Positions 60,651-64,000 of a DNA stretch of 64,000 bases are shown one piece after another. Within the stretch, counting starts at the first letter, position 1, and each line of letters begins with the position of its first letter. The translations under genes were made by a program, and so were the position numbers. The notes below the pieces were generated by a model. The model worked only from the letters and a program-made list of their open reading frames with translations, was not told the origin of the DNA and did no database searches. Source of the stretch: an uncultured Prevotellaceae bacterium (GTDB lineage: Bacteria; Bacteroidota; Bacteroidia; Bacteroidales; Muribaculaceae); the NCBI GenBank assembly GCA_937916085.1, contig CALGGO010000060.1, forward strand, positions 1,602 to 65,601. The letters are read 5' to 3'.

Positions 60651-61358
60651 TTATTTGATGTACTTGTCAAACTCGTTGAGGATGATGCACCATTGTTTTG
60701 GGAGGGCCGATTTGCGGTTGGTGTGCTGCTTGCGGTTTTTGGTGACATTCTCGAAGTCGCCGCCGCGGATGACGGTGTATCGGCGCTGCACGCCATACTC
60801 TTCGTGGGCTGTTGGGTCACTGATGTCGATTAGCGACTCGATATCCACCTCTTTGTCGTCGTCCCAGCGAAAGATGGTGTAGTACATTGAGCAGTAGCTG
60901 CTTGACCCAGCGCTCACCCATTGCTTCTTGGCGGGGTTGAGGATGAAGTGGCCGTTAAGGTTGTCGGTCGACACAGCTTGGTAGAACCACTGCTTCTTGG
61001 TGTCCCACAGGTAGAGGTGGCTGTAGTTGCGCGTCGTGGCGGGACCTATGAAGATGTCGTAGTAGCCGTCGAAGTTGGCATCGACAAAGCGCACGTCATC
61101 GGTCGTTGACTCGCATGTGAAAGTATCGACTTGCCGGCCTTTTATGAGAACCTTCACGGCGTAGGAGCCGTTATCGTTTTGTTCTGTTATCACCTCCACG
61201 TCAGGCAGCGACTGTGGGCAGTCGAGCAGGCTGTAATAGCCCTTGGCGTCGGTCTTGGGCTTTAAAGCCTTGAGCACCGAATTATAGTTCTGAGCATCAA
61301 GTGAGACGCCGTTCATGCACACGATAGCAAGCACTAATAATCCAATAATCCGTTTCAT
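60651..61358 (-). CDS. Hypothetical secreted protein
   Basis: 235 aa with signal peptide MKRIIGLLVLAIVCMNGVSLDAQ. No family recognised. Confidence 0.5.
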   Translation of the reverse strand: MKRIIGLLVLAIVCMNGVSLDAQNYNSVLKALKPKTDAKGYYSLLDCPQSLPDVEVITEQNDNGSYAVKVLIKGRQVDTFTCESTTDDVRFVDANFDGYYDIFIGPATTRNYSHLYLWDTKKQWFYQAVSTDNLNGHFILNPAKKQWVSAGSSSYCSMYYTIFRWDDDKEVDIESLIDISDPTAHEEYGVQRRYTVIRGGDFENVTKNRKQHTNRKSALPKQWCIILNEFDKYIK

Positions 61359-61593
61359 AGCAATAATAGTCTATAGGTGTTTATCAGGCACAAAGATAAC
61401 GCTCATTTTTGATAATGGCAAATAGTTTTGCTTATTTCTACGGAACTATGAAACTTCCCACGCGTCAATCTCACAAAAATCACATCGTGATGTAAGAATA
61501 TTAACTACGGATTATTCTGATTGTTTTGATAAAATGCCCCAAATGCCTAATAACCGATCCCATGTATATTTCGTTAATTGATAAAATTGTTCT

Positions 61594-63135
61594 CTACATG
61601 TTAAAATAGCTGCTGCGGTCGAGGTTGCGGTAGCCGATGGCTTCCATGATGTGGTGCTGGCGGACGGTGACGCTGGCGTCGAGGTCGGCGATGGTGCGGG
61701 CGACTTTGAGGATGCGGTCGTAGGCTCTCGCGCTCATGTTCATCTTGGTGATGGCCTCGCGTAGTTTTTCCATTCCTTCGGTGTCGGGTTCGGCGTATTT
61801 GTGGAGCAGGGCTGTCGTCATCTGTGCGTTGCAGTGGATGCCGGGATGGTTCTTGTAGCGCAGGCTCTGGATGGCGCGGGCTTTGATGACGCGTTCCCTA
61901 ATCGCAGAGCTTGGTTCGCCTGGCGCTTTGCTCGACATCTGGTCGAAGTTCACTGGCTGCACTTCGACCTGCAGATCGATGCGGTCAAGCAACGGCCCTG
62001 AAATCTTACCCATATATTGATGCCGCTGATGCGGTGTGCAGATGCACTGCTTGGTGGGGTGTCCGTAGTAACCGCAAGGGCATGGATTCATCGACGCCAC
62101 AAGCATGAACGAGGCGGGATAGTCGATGCTGTACTTGGCTCGGCTGATGTTAATGTGGCGGTCCTCAAGCGGCTGGCGCATCACCTCAAGGACGCTGCGG
62201 TTGAACTCAGGCAACTCGTCAAGAAAGAGTACCCCATTGTGGGCAAGACTAATCTCCCCAGGCGTGGGATAAGTGCCGCCGCCAACCAGAGCCACTGGCG
62301 AAATAGTGTGATGCGGAGCGCGATAGGGTCGCACGGAGAGTAGGGTAGTGCCTTGCGAGAGTTTGCCTGCCACGCTGTGGATTTTGGTAGTCTCGAGAGC
62401 CTCTCCGAGCGTGAGTGGCGGCAGGATTGACGGCAGTCGCTTCGCCATCATCGACTTGCCGCTGCCCGGCGAACCGATAAGCATGATGTTGTGCCCTCCG
62501 GCGCATGCCACCTCAAAGGCGCGTTTCACCATTTCCTGGCCTTTCACCTCGCTGAAGTCGTAGGTGAAAGCGCTTTGCGCGCGTGCAAACTCGGCGCGGG
62601 TGTCAACCACCGTAGGCTCAAGGATTATCTCGTTTTTGAAGAACTGAATCACCTCGGTGATGTTCTCTACTCCATAGACGTTGAGGTTATTGACTACGGC
62701 AGCCTCGGTGGCGTTGAAGCGGGGCAGGATAAAGCCGTCGAGCTGCATCTCGCGGGCGAGGATTGCCATGGGCAGCGCGCCCTTGATGGGTTTCACCGAG
62801 CCGTCGAGCGAGAGTTCGCCCATAATCATATAGCGACCCAGCTTTTCGGTGCCTATTTTTTCGTCGCTGGCGAGGATGCCGATGGCGATGGGCAGGTCGT
62901 AGGCTGAGCCTTCCTTCTTGATGTCGGCGGGCGACATATTGATTACCACCGCCTTATGAGGGAATTTGATCCCCACGTTGGCAATGGCGCACTTCACGCG
63001 TTCAAAACTCTCTTTCACCGCCGCGTCGGGAAGTCCCACGAGCACGTAGCCCGTGCCCCAGTCCACCGAGACCTCAATCTCGACGGCGATGGCGTCAATT
63101 CCCTGCAGTGCGGCACCAAGTATTTTGTTTAGCAT
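61594..63135 (-). CDS. comM: YifB/ComM family Mg-chelatase-like AAA+ ATPase
   Basis: 513 aa. N-terminal Lon-protease-like domain (DLPIAIGILA), Walker A GSPGSGKS, Walker B VLFLDELPEF, and the C-terminal ARAYDRILKVARTIADL. Confidence 0.9.
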   Translation of the reverse strand: MLNKILGAALQGIDAIAVEIEVSVDWGTGYVLVGLPDAAVKESFERVKCAIANVGIKFPHKAVVINMSPADIKKEGSAYDLPIAIGILASDEKIGTEKLGRYMIMGELSLDGSVKPIKGALPMAILAREMQLDGFILPRFNATEAAVVNNLNVYGVENITEVIQFFKNEIILEPTVVDTRAEFARAQSAFTYDFSEVKGQEMVKRAFEVACAGGHNIMLIGSPGSGKSMMAKRLPSILPPLTLGEALETTKIHSVAGKLSQGTTLLSVRPYRAPHHTISPVALVGGGTYPTPGEISLAHNGVLFLDELPEFNRSVLEVMRQPLEDRHINISRAKYSIDYPASFMLVASMNPCPCGYYGHPTKQCICTPHQRHQYMGKISGPLLDRIDLQVEVQPVNFDQMSSKAPGEPSSAIRERVIKARAIQSLRYKNHPGIHCNAQMTTALLHKYAEPDTEGMEKLREAITKMNMSARAYDRILKVARTIADLDASVTVRQHHIMEAIGYRNLDRSSYFNM

Positions 63136-63150
63136 AGCGTCTTATTTTAG

Positions 63151-63182
63151 CTAACAAGTAAACGAGCTAACAAGCAAACAAG
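63151..63182. repeat. Octamer word array NNAACRAG x4
   Basis: ctaacaag/taaacgag/ctaacaag/caaacaag, directly upstream of the comM start on the minus strand. The same word family occurs at 42531-42575. Confidence 0.85.
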
Positions 63183-63217
63183 TCAATAGTTGTCAATGTC
63201 GCTTGTATATTCCTAAT

Positions 63218-64000
63218 TTATAATAAATTTTCTAAAAACTGCCGGGCTTTGACGGGGTCGTCGCCACGATATTGCTGCTGTCCCAGCGAGTCGGTGACGA
63301 TGATGGTGGGCGTGGTGTTCACCTGCAAGCTCATGATTTCGCCATTCATCATTGAGCCAGGCACCCAGTAATGCTTCCATGGGGTGTCGTGCTGGTGGGT
63401 GGCGCAGTACCATCCCGTTGAGTCGATGTCGAGGCTGATGTCCATCACCTGCACCTGAGCGAGGTTAAGCGTCTTCAACTCGTCAAAAATGATTTTGCGG
63501 TTATTCATGCCCAAATCCCTGTCCCAGAAGACGATTACCGACGGTCTATCGCCAGCGATCTTTGCCATTTGGAAGTCGCCTGTGCTTTGCTCAAAAATGT
63601 TGAGTGAGATGATTTTTGTGGCGGGCTTCTTGTTTCTAGCCTTGAGCAGGCTGTAGCTGGCTACTAACGACTCGGGTTTTGCGCTGTCGTCGATTTTCTC
63701 CAGTAGCTTGTCGATTGCGGTGTCATCGCCGGGACTGTAGTCGAGCAGCACGAGCACAGTAGAGACAACGCTCTTGGGGTTATCCTTCACATAGTTCTCA
63801 ATGGCGGTGTTTAGCGCCTGACTATTAGCCGATTTATACTCGGTTTTGTGCTTGACCATAAAGGTGTTATATTGCTCTGCCATCTCCGAGCCTTTCACGT
63901 CAAGTTCATAAGGCTCAAGGATTTTGCCCTTCACCTCCAGCTTGTCGCCGCCAGCGACAACAAGTTTGACAATGGGCACATTCACTTTGTTATACACCAT
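63218..64000 (-). CDS. Hypothetical protein, possibly thioredoxin-like fold without CxxC (5' end may lie outside the window)
   Basis: The ORF is open to the window edge, so the terminal ATG may be coincidental. SVIVFWDRD...TPTIIVTD resembles a TlpA-like fold but lacks the redox cysteines. Confidence 0.4.
   Translation of the reverse strand: MVYNKVNVPIVKLVVAGGDKLEVKGKILEPYELDVKGSEMAEQYNTFMVKHKTEYKSANSQALNTAIENYVKDNPKSVVSTVLVLLDYSPGDDTAIDKLLEKIDDSAKPESLVASYSLLKARNKKPATKIISLNIFEQSTGDFQMAKIAGDRPSVIVFWDRDLGMNNRKIIFDELKTLNLAQVQVMDISLDIDSTGWYCATHQHDTPWKHYWVPGSMMNGEIMSLQVNTTPTIIVTDSLGQQQYRGDDPVKARQFLENLL

Overview
Chromosomal segment that looks like Bacteroidota, Prevotellaceae-like. This is inferred from TAnnTTTG-type promoter boxes, a T9SS C-terminal sorting domain, BACON-like modules and glycine-lipid genes. 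GC-rich housekeeping genes form the backbone: nadK (partial), polA, deoC, a mazG-like gene, dtd, nfeD plus an SPFH gene, metG, leuS, rdgB and comM/yifB. Visibly AT-richer accessory blocks interrupt it. (1) 0.7-10.5 kb is a restriction/defence-type island: an XRE controller-like gene, a PLD-SNF2 helicase, an AlbA_2/HATPase_c_4 protein carrying a 21-bp in-frame tandem repeat, a 1126-aa Eco57I-like N6-adenine methyltransferase and an orphan 302-aa gene. (2) 29.5-33.2 kb is an operon of a YdjI-like SPFH protein, a zinc-ribbon membrane protein and three proteins carrying four GYF_2 domains in total. (3) 33.5-33.9 kb holds relics of a C5-methyltransferase and a DUF1016 gene. (4) 43.4-44.9 kb is an AAA/DUF4143 ATPase cassette bracketed by a 29-bp direct repeat. 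(5) 47.0-60.4 kb is a seven-gene minus-strand operon: SrfB-like actin/Hsp70-fold ATPase, SrfC/dynamin-like NTPase, membrane subtilase, a second GTPase and three single-pass membrane proteins. It matches no named system I know and is my top candidate for an undescribed system. Two non-coding repeat phenomena also stand out. One is phase-perfect heptamer (sometimes 8/9-mer) word arrays at almost every native gene boundary, for example 39 consecutive AGTTNNN units upstream of polA. The other is mosaic arrays of mini-hairpins, including a 140-nt perfectly identical inverted pair 6 kb apart. I recognised no rRNA, tRNA, CRISPR array, transposase or integrase. All family assignments come from motif recognition by eye, not from searches.
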